Below, piece by piece: positions 24,174 through 37,429 of a stretch of DNA of 64,000 nucleotides. Made by a program: the position numbers and the translations under genes. The notes beneath the pieces are model-generated. The model was not told the DNA's origin and did not search any database. It worked only from the letters and a program-made list of their open reading frames with translations. Origin of the DNA: Azolla caroliniana (lineage: Eukaryota; Plantae; Polypodiophyta); assembly GCA_043228905.1 (NCBI GenBank), contig JBHGNT010000006.1, forward strand, positions 1,550,001 to 1,614,000. Direction: 5' to 3'. Numbering within the stretch: position 1 is the stretch's first letter; every line of letters begins with the position of its first letter.

Positions 24174-25442
24174 ACCTTTGGCACCATGAGCAAAGTTGCA
24201 CTTCTGACCAAAGGGGCAATGTCCGGTCATCTCCCACTTGTTGCACATTCTGGTCTTCCAGTTGGACGGCCTTTCTCCGCCGCCATTGCCGCCGACGCCG
24301 CCATTAGAACCCCCGATGCTCGTTGTAGTAGTAGCAGCAGCAGCAGTAGTAGTAGTCAATACTCCTCCTCCGCTGCCCGACCCTGGCCCTAAGCTAATGG
24401 CATTGCTCTCCCTCGATTTCACTTGGTCGTCGTGCAAGAAATTGCACCTCTCGCCATACGGGCATCCTTCCTCGCTATAGAACTTCTTGCACCGGCGGGT
24501 GCGGCGGAACCGAAGGGACTCCGATCCCGACAGGACCAGCTGACCCGAAGAATTCTCCTTGATACTGCTATTGTTCCGGCCTCCTCCTCCTCCACCTCCC
24601 GATCCGGTCGACGCTTCCACACCCGATCCGGCCGTGGCCGCAGCCGCCGCCTCTTGGGCAGCCACCATGTCTTCCCATCCAGGGGGAGGCTTCCTTAGCT
24701 CTTCCATTCCATGTGCAAAGTTACAATTTGAGTTGTATGGGCATGTCCCTGCCCTGAATTTGATACAAAGCTTGGTCTTGAAGAAGAGGCTCCCTGTTCC
24801 GGAGCCTTTCCCTAATTTGGATGAATTATTATTATTATTAGATCCTACACCCGATGCTTGCATTATCGATGTCGGAGATCCGGCCAGTTGTGGCGAATTA
24901 GAGCTCGGATCAAAGAGAATTCCGGCATTATTCACATTATAGTCTGCGGAGATGCTCTCAGATGCCCGCTTCACACCTCGCCGGGGTGGGGTGGGGGTCT
25001 GAATGGGGATGGGAATCTGCTCAGGAATATTCTGACTACTAGAATCCACCCATTGATTTCCATTTAACTTAATATATCCATGAGTATGGACGCTATTATA
25101 GTTACTACTGCCTGCCATAACCTGATCATCACCATAGCCAATGTCATCCTCATCCTCGTGAAGGAAGCCCAAATTGTTATGATAACCGGCATATGCATCC
25201 ACAGGGGGATCCACGAAATCCTCCTCCTCATCAACAGCCCCCACATCAACGTGGTCATGATGAGATTGGTAATCAAGGAGTCCAGATCTATGAGCGCCAT
25301 CAAATCCTTCTGGGTGTCGGGAAGGATTATAATTGAGGAGATGAGATCCATCATCAGTATCTTCATCTTCCTCGTGATCGTGGTTATCATGCCAATGATC
25401 GCTTCGATGATGATCATGGCTTAAATGGAGACGGTTATCCAT
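23326..25442 (-). CDS. Three-finger CCCH zinc-finger protein (AtC3H12/C3H28-like family), 521 aa, 2 exons
   Basis: Exons 25442-24176 and 23624-23326; phase-1 intron with AAG|GTACAC donor and CACAG|AG acceptor; 1566 nt in total. Fingers FFKTKLC-x8-C-x5-C-x3-H, C..FYSEEGCPYGERCNFLH and WKTRMCNKWE..GHCPFG.KCNFAH. Family C-terminus WKGP..ISRIYGDW.DD. Confidence 0.92.
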
Positions 25443-27066
25443 GGGGTAAGGAATGGGGGCTTGTGTGGAATTGGAAGAAAAATATTGTGTGGCCAGGGGA
25501 GATCTGGGGATCTACTAGTTTATGGTGGTGTCCATGGCATGGCATGGCATGCTGCTGTTTTGTTGTTGGTATGAAGGAACAGTCTAGGAAAAAGGAAGAG
25601 ATATACATATGTACATACATACATATGGGGATATATGATGAGGGGAGTTAGTAGAAAGAAGAAAAGGCATAAGCAACGTGTCTCGCTTTACATATTAAAG
25701 GCCCATTTCATCCCTCTCTCTCTCTCTCTGCTCTCTGTTCTCTGTTCTCTGTTCTCTGTTCTCTGTTCTCTGCTTCTGTGTGTCTGTGTGTGTTTGGGAT
25801 GAGGATTCCTTCCTTCCTTCCTTCCTTTGTCGCCCACACAAACAAAACAAAACACAGACTCTGTGTCTCTGCTCCTTTTTCTCTTGTCGCCCACACAAAG
25901 ACTAATCGCTAAAACACTTCCATTCCATTATCTTTTCACACTCAATTCATCGTTATGTGCTCCATGACTCTCACTCACATTTTGTTCTTATAATACCCCC
26001 CCCCCCCCATACAATACATACAAAACCTTCCAGTTGTGTACAGGAAACATTAATCGAGCCATACAATGGATTGAATCACACTAAAATGCATTATTAATAA
26101 AGAAGACACTATGCCATAGATGTTGATTTCCAATATCAATGGAGACGTACAATACATGATTATGCTATGTGCATTGAGACAACCCATCCGATATCTCCAC
26201 ACTTGCCACATGTGTGGTTCACAGTTTCGTGTAAAACAAAACAAAACTCTACATCTTGGCATGTGATAATGGTCCATATAACCTTCACTTTGATTTGCTT
26301 TGCGGTTCTTAAATCACGTGGGTGAAGAGGTTGGATGACCATCACCATTCGCCATCGTATAACTATTTTCTCTTAAAAATAGGCACTCACAATTGTGTAT
26401 ACCATACATATTTTGTATGTCCATATTTATCGTGTACCCACATCTTCGTGTTTTCTTAGGAGAACTCTAGACTAGATTGTGTCCCCTCATATGATGATCT
26501 TCGAGATGCACACTTCATTGTAACTTCACTTTGATAGATATTATGGTAGCAGAGGTGAAGTTGGATAGCTCCCATTCCTTTGTCTCATTAATTTGTGGGA
26601 TGATCGTGTGTTCACCTAAGAACTCCTCTCCTTACTTGGATCCTTGAGTCTGTTAATTGCACGGCTCTGGAACACCTAAAGTTCATTTACAGCCTTGGGA
26701 GTTGGAAGGTTTTGAAGTGCTTGTTGATGAAGTACCGATATTCGTGGGTATTTGTTAGTTGAGCAAATATATAACATAAAGGGAGCACATGTGATAACAC
26801 TTAAAACATTAAAATCACAATGTGAAAGCATGAGCTTGACGTAAGGAACACGTTTAGTAATGCATAAAGCATAAAATATTAATAAGCAAAGAGGAAGCAT
26901 TCATTACCTTTATAATTCCCTGCCAACTAACATATCATCAAAATAAGCATTTTCTTTGCACCTTAAGTTTGCCATGCTCTTTCTTATCAAATGTCTACTT
27001 TGACATCATACATGGGAATAGTTTGCTCCTAAAATATGGCTTTACGAATCTACTCCTTTTTAGGTC

Positions 27067-27244
27067 AATGCTAACAAATTTGGTCATGTTAATCATGGGA
27101 TACAAAGCAAAGATGTACATAATATAAGCCATTTCTATTGTGGTTACATCCTTTTATGTGAATGCTAACAAATTTTGTCATTCTAATCATGGGATACAAA
27201 GTAAAGATGTACATAATATAAGCCCTTTCAATTGTGGTTACATC
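27067..27244. repeat. ~94-bp tandem duplication
   Basis: AATGCTAACAAATTT.GTCAT..TAATCATGGGATACAAAG.AAAGATGTACATAATATAAGCC...ATTGTGGTTACATC occurs twice. Confidence 0.85.
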
Positions 27245-29459
27245 GAGTGAATTTTTCTTCTAACATTAACATGTTTAGCCCTTGGCCAAATTTATGCCAT
27301 GTAGTGTGGGTCTTGATACACAGTATCCAAATGAATCACATTAAAGAAGCCTACTTATTTACTAACAATCATGTTCATGGTCACCATCTTTTATTAAAGG
27401 TATTGGATTCCTTTTTGTGCTATCCAATTTCTTCAATCTTTTCTTCATTTTGGTTGCTTTGGATGTTGTTCACTCCAATTCCACAAGATGGTTCCATCTC
27501 CTCATTCTCCATTTTCAACTTACATTGGGCCTTTGTTATACAAAATTTTGTAGTGCTAAGGTTACTAGAATTTTCCTTTCACATTCTTCATCTTGAAGAT
27601 TTCTTTCTATTTTACTCCCAAAATATATTTTTATCTTGATAGTGTTACAATCTAGTACTTCACCTTGGCTAGAACTTCTATTGGATATCTCTCCATCCTT
27701 GACTAGAACAAGTGGCAAGCCTTAATATTGAACAATCACTATCTAGCAATTGGATGTGTTGCAGCTTACCAACAAATTATCAAAATCACTGTGGTAGAAA
27801 AGAGAGAAATGTGCAACATTCATTAGACCATTGAAATCATTGTCTGACAACTTAAAACAAAAACCAGGCATGGGGGGGGGGGGGAGGGGGGGCATAAGAA
27901 TAATAGCTAAAGACCAGACGTGCTTCACAAATTTAAATTAATAAGATCAATTTAACTACTTGAACAATATCATGACAGTTATACAATTCACAATAATCTC
28001 TAGTTCTGATCTATGTTCTACTTCTCTTTGCCATTAACCCCCTTTGTTCTCAGGAGTATCATTACAAATTATGCCACCTAATTCTCTCATGAACAAAAAA
28101 TGCCAAACAAAAGAAGGTCAACATCTTGCTAATAAAGCAAAGTAATAAAAAAAAGCCAAAACTTGATCAGCATTGCAGACTCCAAAATGAAATCTTTTGT
28201 ATTAAAAATCTTATAAGACACAAGATTTTTGTCGAATAAGTTACATATGATTCTATGTTTTCCAATTGTTAACCTTTCCACCTCCATTTCTTTGAGTAAA
28301 CTTTTGTTTAGTTTTCCGACCGTCTCCAAGGTACTTTTCAGAGAATCAGATCCTTGGATTTTGATATGATCCTATTGATGTGACAATCTCTCTTATCACC
28401 ATTTTCAATAAACTTCCAATGAAATGGTCGCCAGTAATACTGGTGATCTGACTGAGAATACTGTCTCCCATATGCTGCAAAGCTTCAATGGAGTACTGCT
28501 ATGCAACGCTTGATTTAATGCCAAAAATAGTGTATGAGACATGTTCCCATCTTTATCAGCTATAAGAGTTTTAATAAGAGCATTACTATGTAATATCTAT
28601 GTACCATGTACACACCTCCAATTAATATATAACTCAACAAGTTTTCTTTCCTGTAAAATTAGTGTATGTATTAGAACAACATCACAATACAAAAACCTTG
28701 TTGTCCCTACATTACAATAGTGAGGATCTCATGATAAGGAAAACCCTCAAGAGGTGTTGTAAGATTAGCTTACAGAAAAGAAAACTTCTCCGAGGACAAG
28801 TTGCCCACAGATCTCAGTTGCAAAAGTTGCCAAATCAATTATGCACTTAATGGAGAGGATCAAACAAGAACCCATTTCTCATGCACCAATTGTACCATGG
28901 ACCCAAATATCTATGGTAGTAAAAACGAAACTACACTATGGGGATGGAACTGGCTCCTTGAGAGAAAAAACCCTGAAAAGGTGAAAAAAATATTCCTAGT
29001 TAACAATACCTAATATTATGACATAACAAACCCAAATGGCTTTTTATCAACTGGGCATACATACACAAATCTTTGTAGCGGTACAGTAGCTAAATAGACT
29101 TTTAACATCCATTACATATTGAAATTCAAGAGGTTATACTCAGAAAAACCTCCATTTCATTGTCTTTTGCATAATGGCCATGCAAACACTACTCAAACAG
29201 GAATATAATGTGAGGCAACCACAAGATTCGGAGCAAGTACCAAAGAATTCTCTACAGTGAAACAGTGTAGAACATAAATAACATATACTTATGTGGGCTC
29301 CATCTCAAGCCTTTAGTTAGAGAGAACTCACTCAATTTAGAGCAAAGGTCAAAAAGCATACACCAGATGGATATGATCACATGGATCAGCAAACTAGCTA
29401 TGTGTTAATCAACAAACATTATGTCTAAAATCGTAACAACAAGAGGTCAGATGCTTACT

Positions 29460-30311
29460 TCAATCTTCATCTTCATCAGAGCTCCCATCATCATCACTGT
29501 ACTCGCTACCATAGTCTTCTTCTAGTTCGGGATTCAAGTCGAGCTGAACAAAAGGCACTTGGATGATACCAGAAGTCGCCAGAGGAGGAGGAGCCACTGT
29601 TGATGGTGTTGGTTTCAAACCCCCCTGGAGGTCCGACGGTTTTGCCAAAGAAGACGAAGGCGGCAATACAACAGCATCACCCGGCTTCCATCCTTGAGGC
29701 AAAGTCGGTATTTCAAAACCGGGTGGTAACGGGATCGGATCACCAGGTTTCCATCCGGGTGGCATGGGAGGGAGTTCAGTTGGAATCAGGGATGATGAGA
29801 TTCGTTGCACCTTAGGACTGCTAAGTTCCTCATCATTTCTTAACTTAATGCTTTCCAACATGGTATCAGAGATGGGTGCCAGAGAGATAAGCGCAGGTTT
29901 AGGTATACCTATGTCCATGTGTATTGCTTGATAGAGCTGTGAAGCCCGGATTTGTTCTTCTTGAGGAGCCGGGGGAAGAGCTCCTCTTAGCGGTATCTGT
30001 CCTGATGCGTACTCTGGAGGTGCAAATGTTGTATAACTGATCTTATGTGCATATGAGACTAACTCCGTCATGTCGATCGATGTTCCCAGAGACTCCCTCG
30101 CTCTTTTCGAGCTTCTGACTCTGTGTTCTTCATGTTCTTCCAAAGTGTTTTCTAGAATCTGTTGTGCGTCTCTGAGCTTCTTTGCGAACTCTCTCATCAT
30201 CATGTCTCGTGCCGTGGTCATCGATGCTGCTGCATGCCTCTGTTCTGTTTCCTGCAACTGGATCGCTTCTCTGATGGTGGAGAAGAGCAGGTCACCGTCC
30301 TGAAGATCCAT
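29460..30311 (-). CDS. MED4: Mediator subunit 4, intronless, 283 aa from the ATG at 30311
   Basis: Plant MED4 signature YAHKISYTTFAPPE...PLRGALPPAPQEEQ.RASQLY, GWKPG proline-rich repeats, VPFVQLDL and an acidic tail. Start codon inferred. Confidence 0.88.
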   Translation of the reverse strand: MDLQDGDLLFSTIREAIQLQETEQRHAAASMTTARDMMMREFAKKLRDAQQILENTLEEHEEHRVRSSKRARESLGTSIDMTELVSYAHKISYTTFAPPEYASGQIPLRGALPPAPQEEQIRASQLYQAIHMDIGIPKPALISLAPISDTMLESIKLRNDEELSSPKVQRISSSLIPTELPPMPPGWKPGDPIPLPPGFEIPTLPQGWKPGDAVVLPPSSSLAKPSDLQGGLKPTPSTVAPPPLATSGIIQVPFVQLDLNPELEEDYGSEYSDDDGSSDEDED

Positions 30312-30502
30312 GGCACAACTCCTCGACCCTAATGGGCAACTACTTCGACTGCACTGTGTAATAATATGTAACTTATAAGCATATGTATTCATAACATATG
30401 TACATATGTATACGTATGCGTGTATGTACACGTATGATACTCTATGCAGGCTATATTGACTCAAGCAAACCTACTAGACAACCGGTTTGTGTATAACAAG
30501 CA

Positions 30503-30536
<34 letters not shown>

Positions 30537-31685
30537 AATTATAACTATATGCATATTGTATCATACAATTTGTATGTATATATATGTTTGTGGCCATAAT
30601 CATGAGGAAGTCCAATTCTCGTAAGGGATGGGATCATATATATGTATATGCATATTGTATGTATGTATGTTTGTGGCTATAATCATGAGGAAGTCCAATT
30701 CTCTTAAGGCATGGGATGGGAGTCAGGACCGGGTTCTCATTTGGTTCAAGAGTAGTGCACAACCATCTTTCAAGGGTAGTGGTGAAAATGGTTTAGAGTA
30801 AGTTAAGTAAAGACCAAACACACACAAGCCCTGGTGCTTTTCTATTTCTTAGGCGAGCCACTTCAACGATTGCAATATATTTGAATTACCAAATTATTTC
30901 ATATGCTTCAATTCGCAACGGTCTCAAACCTCCTAAATGAGCAACTAAGCATGTACCTTTTTATGACATTGAAATGTGTGCTCATGGAGGCACCTTAATA
31001 ATAATTCCTACTACAAGTTTGCCTTCACACACATCACATGGAAAAGGTATGTTAAGTTAGTTATGATAATTGTTGTCACCTTCCCCGTCACCTCTATGTA
31101 CTAATAACTATCCTAACACAAGTTTAGGTTAGGTTAGAGCTATATAAATGACACACATAGACATCCATTCACCAAGTCTATCCAAGTTTTTTGACCGTCT
31201 AGCAAATGTGACCATTATGCCATCAATACAAAACCTAAGTAATACTTAATTATGATTTATTACTCAAGAATGAAAAAGTCTCTTATTCACTTGGCCAATA
31301 GGTAAATAACTAAACCTTTATTGTAGGATAGAGACCCTTCATGTCAATAACCTTATACTAGGCTATGGGCTTTCTCTACTAATTGTTGAACTCATACAAC
31401 ATCGATCTCTTACTTTCACTAGTAGTTTCTCCACGAATGCTAACTCCACAAATAGGTTCATTTGCATTATAGTTTTCTCGCCAAGTGCATTGCAAATTGG
31501 TTTCACTATGATCATTTTCCATTAGGTACCTTGATCACCTGTGCAATTCTCACTCAATTAATCTAAGCTCAATGGTGACTTTCTCATTCTCATGTTTTAG
31601 GATTGTTACAATGTTCATGACTCTACCATATCTAGACAAGGTTGTGTTGGAATCGAGCTCAGACTCATGGCTACTAGCTAAGCCT

Positions 31686-31809
31686 TCGCTATTTTCATGC
31701 ATGTCACTATTATTTGTGCCTTGGTCTTTTGTCAAGTTTCACTCAACTCGCTATTTTCATGCATGTCACTATTATTTGTGCCTTGGTCTTTCGTCAAGTT
31801 TCACTCAAC
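31686..31809. repeat. 62-bp near-perfect tandem duplication
   Basis: TCGCTATTTTCATGCATGTCACTATTATTTGTGCCTTGGTCTTT(T/C)GTCAAGTTTCACTCAAC occurs twice. Confidence 0.95.
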
Positions 31810-33488
31810 ATGACAAGATGGGGTGCTAGGTTGGTAGATGGAGTACTCCTGATGAAAAGGAAACAAGACCATTTACTAGGGCAAAAAGTCAAATTCCTTA
31901 CTAGGGCCAAAGTGTGATTTATTCAAGATAGATGTGTACTTCGTAGGTAACTCGATTGAATCAATTGTAACTCGAACCAAGTCACAATAAGGTATTTTGA
32001 CTCAATTGAGTAACTTGATGATCACAAATGAGTATTCTGATTTGATTGATTCACAAATGCCTATTTTGTATTCTGACTCAATTGAGCCATATATGTGCAA
32101 GTGACTCAACTGAGTCATAGTTATCCATACTGAAATCACCATAGAAAAAGACACAAATAAGTTCGCCTAATCCATGATTGAGACAAATTATTTTTCATGA
32201 TTCCTTTGGGAAATGCATAGCCTGATTATTATCCTCAGCTAACTAGAATGATGAAGAACAATGTTCAAACTCGAGTATATCTCGCACTTGAGATGTACTT
32301 TGTGATTTGGATGTTAAAACGCCATGTAGTAGTTTCCCTCGCATGTTCTGAATGTTATAATAGGTGTAAATTTTCTACGTGACAATTTTATCCACCCAAA
32401 CCTGCACAAAACATAAACTCAAGAGAGTGTGAGAACTTGTCTTCAACGATAAACTTTACTTTATGTAATAATAGGCTTTCTACAGCCAAACATTAGTATG
32501 AATGTTTAAAGCCTAGCCATGATGAAAATATCAAAAATTAATATATCATACTGAAAATGCATATACAATATTCGTTGTACATCCATTTTCAATGATCATT
32601 GCAACTAATTTATTAGCATTTCCGGTTTTAAACCATGTACAATATACGTGACTTGGACATCATCCATTGTCCATAACAGTTGAGAGCTAGCATCAATAGT
32701 GACACCATATTGACAATCATTGGACCTGAATTAGGACACCGAGTTTTTGACCATCATTAAAACTAAATTAAGAAACTATCAAGTTCTTGGCGATAATTGG
32801 AAATGAATTAGGACACCACGAGTTTTTCGTCAAGCCATATGGATGAGTAATTTTTTATTATGTTTTCAATACACATGAAATGCCTACAATTACATTGGGA
32901 AATCATTGATGATTTTTGTGATTGCCAGTTCTGTTTATGGTTCTTATGGACACTTTCCAGAGATTGTAAAGACAATGTTATAGTTTCAACTTTCCCATAT
33001 ACAATAAACACTTCCTTTTGATTTTGTATACCGTTTCCCTACCCCAGCCCCTCATCCTTGTTTCATACCCAATCTTAATGCAAGAGAGGGAGGTAAGTTT
33101 TACTAATCTTTACACGACAAAATTGCTACATGCATCCTCAAGCAACGTAAGGAGAAAAAAATTGAAGAGTTCTGGATTCTATGGAGCAAAAGAAAATTGA
33201 ATTTTGTACAGGCAACCTGATGACTCCGAACGAAGTGCTTGACACACAAAAAAATCGGGAACAATCATTATTAAAATAAATACAACCTTCTTCATACCCC
33301 TGAATTAGTGAAAATGCAGATTAAACCATTGAACAAGAAATCACCTCTTGCTGCTTCCATAATATTTCCGCATATGCTGAAAACTGCTTGAAGCTTTACA
33401 AGCATGAGGTCTTTTGCACCAATCCCTCCAATAAACTCCACTTATTCAAGGTCGTTTAAATTGAATCCAGCTCTCTAGTGAAGTGGAT

Positions 33489-36400
33489 TCAACCTCTTGA
33501 AATTACAAAGCCGGCAGCAGCACCAAAAATTGCAAGAACACATGAAATTATATGGGCAACTGCAACAATAGTGGACTCTTTCATACCACCAAGCTCAAAA
33601 TGGTGATGGATAGGAGCCATTCTGAACAGTTTCTTAGTGGTTCCAGTACGCTTCTTTGTATACTTTTTGTACGAAATCTGCTCAAGAAAGGGGAGAATCT
33701 TAAACTGGTTATTGTATAGGTTCTGGAATAAAAATTTGACACAACTGACCTGAAGTATTACTGACACCGTTTCAATAAAGAAAACACCTGAACATATGAG
33801 AAGTGGCAAAAATAGACCCGTGCTCGATGCCATTGCTGCAAGTGCGCCTCCCAATGCCAAAGAGCCAGTATCCCCCATGAAAACCGTTGCCTTGTGGTGA
33901 TTATGAACCAGAAATCCAACACAAGCTCCAGCCATTGACACTCCAAATATGGTAACCACTGCATTGAATATCTGATTATCTTTAATAGATACCAATTGTA
34001 TAGGCATAATTCACTATAACAGTAATTATACAAAGAACAAAACTACAAAATATCCAAGCATTTCTCCTGTTTTCAGGGGCTGGACAAGGGCGTTTGGGGA
34101 AATAATAAAAAACTCAGAGCATTTAGAAAATAAAAATAAAACTAAAAGGTATTCTGGAGTTTCTCAATTGGAAGAAACATAATCTGGAAGAATAGGGTTC
34201 AACCGAATCCTATCATAGGTGTAAGGATGAGTCTCCACTCAGCTTGAGGCTGCCATAACTACAGAAAAGAAGTCAACATATACTGCTTCTACCTCATATT
34301 TGTATCGGATGATTAATTGCTCTATCATAATCAAGAAACTGATAGCAGCTAAATGCATGAGTATAATTCCTGCTTCCTATTCCTCACAGCTGGGAGGGGA
34401 GTACGTCAACATAATTGCAGCTAAATGCATGATATACCTAAACTAACTCCTGCTTCTCAGGCAGATTGATAACACTTGTTATATCATTTTGGACACAGTA
34501 ACCATGCAGACACTAGAAGCATTAAAATAATTTTGCAGAATAATAGCAATGCTTCTGAAGCCTGTAAACCTGTGAGCTTTGACAGAAAACGTTCTTATCC
34601 CGAAATTTTTCTGTATAAAGAATTCCCAACGCAAGAAGAAATAATTTTTCATGTAATGCCAATGATGTCCCAACTCGTCACTTCTTAATGATACTGTTAA
34701 CATACTAATAATTTTATTACTCAGCCCAATCAACAACATTCACGACAAATAATTTCATATCATAATCTAAACAACAATCCAGATTATTTACCTGGACAAA
34801 TATTTAAGGCAGCCATTGCCATTCCTGAAAAAGCTGCAGCTGCAGATCCAGCAGCTAATCCATCTAAACCATCTGTCAAATTCACACCATTGCTCATTGC
34901 CGCAAAGCAAAATGCAGTCAATGGTAGATACCAAGCACCGAGATTCCAATGTTTCAATGGTTCAGGCAAAAGCAACATAGTTTTCCTGTTGCACAAAACC
35001 AGCTGAATGATTTAAAATGTGCACAGTGACTACTTGAGAACATGACAAAACAGAAATAGTAAAATTCCAAGACCAACCATGAATGCATAAAGTAGTCTGC
35101 GGCAATGCTAAACATTCATGAGCTTCCGCATGTTAGAAATAGTCTACAGAAATGCTATACATACACAAGCTTCCGCATGTTAACATTCACATTCCAAGTG
35201 GATGGATTCTCACTTTTTTCCTCTAAACACTCATTGACCCATAAAGCATATATATTTAACGGTTTTATCCCTGTTCCCACATGTTCACCTGCATAATGCA
35301 TATGCCATAAACACTTAACTTAATATGCACACATATTTAATGTATTTTATATTGAAAATCGGACCACATCAGACAAGATTAAACAAAATAAAACAAAATA
35401 AACCTTTTAGCCATCATGACAGCATCATTCACAAGACAATTTAAGAACTGATAAATAAAAATGAGCTGTAGCAGAAAAATTACACTTCAACAGTAGTAGG
35501 TAAATCTGCTGACTTATTCCACCAAAAGAACCATACACCAAACATTACCTGTCAGAACCCCACAAAGGCACAAAACAGACAACAAAACCAATAGAAAAAA
35601 GCAGTTAATAGGAGAAAGATTAACTCTACACAACCGATAACATGTTTCAAAAAACATATAATGGGATAACAATGTAATTCCTCTACCTGTAAAAGAAGTT
35701 TGCACCAAGCAGGAAGTCCATAGTTATGTTTCCTAACAAGACTTAAAACATCATCAAGAAGCCCAATTCCTCCAAATAACAGTGTTGCGCAGATCAGTCC
35801 ATCAAGTTGTACTGATGCATAATTTGTGAAATATCCACAAATAGCTATTGCCGCTGGAATAAAAAATAGGCCTCCCATTGTTGGTGTACCACTCTTTGAA
35901 AAATGAGCAGCTGGTCCCTCTTTCCTAATTATTTGGTATGCCTTCAACTTCCTTAGAAAAGGTATACAAAGGAAACCAAGTAGAGTACTTGTGGCCATAG
36001 ATGCTATGAAAACAAAAGAATAGCTTCCCATAATCATTTCATAAAATTTCAATCCATCAATCTGTTGCCTCCAGTAAGGTGACTGTGCTGATTTCATAAA
36101 GTCCAAAAGAAGCACCATTCCAATCAGAAAAGGAGCTACAACGGATGTCCTGAATGTCTCTGTAACCTGCAGTAGTAGCAGAGAGATCTGTTGATTCTGA
36201 AATATGAATGAAATTTTTTTATTTTTTGTAAAATCTATATCCATGTTCCCCTTGGCCCCCGTCTGAAAGTAAGGTTGCAATTTTACCACACGCATGGACA
36301 ATTATGGTTACATTATTTTAAGCTCAATGTTCCCATGTTCGGGAAGAACTAACTCTACTTGATTTCATCATACAAATAACCTCCTGATATACATTACACC

Positions 36401-37118
36401 AGTAAAAATAATCTCTCAATAATCATTCTTCTGGTTTATGTCACCAAAAACATAAGCTCTAAGTATACATTCTTATATATTCTAATTGTTTTCATCATAT
36501 AAATAAGCTCTTACTCTATACTATACATTCATCCAGTTGATTTTGACATATAAATAAGAACTTAATAGACATTCTTCATGTAAGTACGCCCTCCTGTAGT
36601 TAATTTCAGCAAATAAATAAGCTCTTAATAAACAATCGACCAATTGGTTTCGCCATATAAGCTATATACCAATGAAGGAAGCCTACCCGCAGTAATGAAT
36701 CACAGTAATTTGACATCTCCTTTGCAATCTTTCTGAAAAACCGTTTGTCAAAATCTGAAAGAAATTTGTAGCAGATTCTCCGACCTCCTTCGTCCTCAAT
36801 AGAGTTCCCTTTACCATCACTGCTACATTTTATTCTTTTTCCAAAGTTCTTCCGAACCTGCAATAATTCTTATCGAAAATATCGATTAAGAACGATTACA
36901 TGAGATAAGAAAAACAAAAAGAAATCGCTGTTTCGGAAGAGAGAAAAATAAAAAAGAAACAAAAACAGGCCACGGACTTTGGGAGAAATGTTTCGAAGGT
37001 GCAAGGAGACTTGATATTCTCTGTGTTTCCATGTGGCAGGGGAAGGAAGAGGAGGAATTGAAGGAAAGCGCGATGGGGGGAACAAGCTAAGCAGCAGCGA
37101 CGGAGAACCAGCTCCCAT
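33489..37118 (-). CDS. MraY: Phospho-N-acetylmuramoyl-pentapeptide transferase (translocase I), probably plastid-targeted, ~482 aa, 7 exons
   Basis: Exons 37118-36978 (alternative ATG 37151), 36857-36687, 36166-35687, 35548-35484, 34985-34792, 33958-33750 and 33677-33489. All GT-AG with consistent phases; 1449 nt. Motifs [40 protein letters not shown] and [10 protein letters not shown]. Ser/Pro-rich N-terminus. The first two exons are less certain. Confidence 0.9.
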
Positions 37119-37429
37119 TCCACGTACAACTTGGATGACAGGAGATAACATACTCTCTCTACAACAATTTCTCTCTCTACATGCTTTGGTTTACATATTT
37201 CCTTTGATGCCCCTGCATTTCCGTTATTTCACGACATGCCCCTCTGTCCCTCAAAGATCAATTTAATTTTACATGCCCTCACTCAACCCCCGAAGAGGAA
37301 ATTCGCATGTTGTATTTGAACCATCATATGGTTGGTTCATCTGAACTATATTAGCCTCTATATGATCGAGTCATCGCCTTTCACTTTCTATATATTGGCC
37401 ATTCATGGGTTACAATTTGGTAAAGACCA

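Noticed and set aside
24066-24175. C-terminal THTHTH extension of the CCCH ORF
   Set aside because: This is read-through into the intron's (CA)n microsatellite; splicing restores the conserved C-terminus.
31830-31872. Minimal hammerhead ribozyme (CTGATGA-AAAG-GAAAC)
   Set aside because: Helices I and III cannot be paired around an NUH cleavage triplet.
33489-37118. Bacterial contamination or recent horizontal transfer of mraY
   Set aside because: The gene has six spliceosomal introns and a plant-type N-terminal extension.
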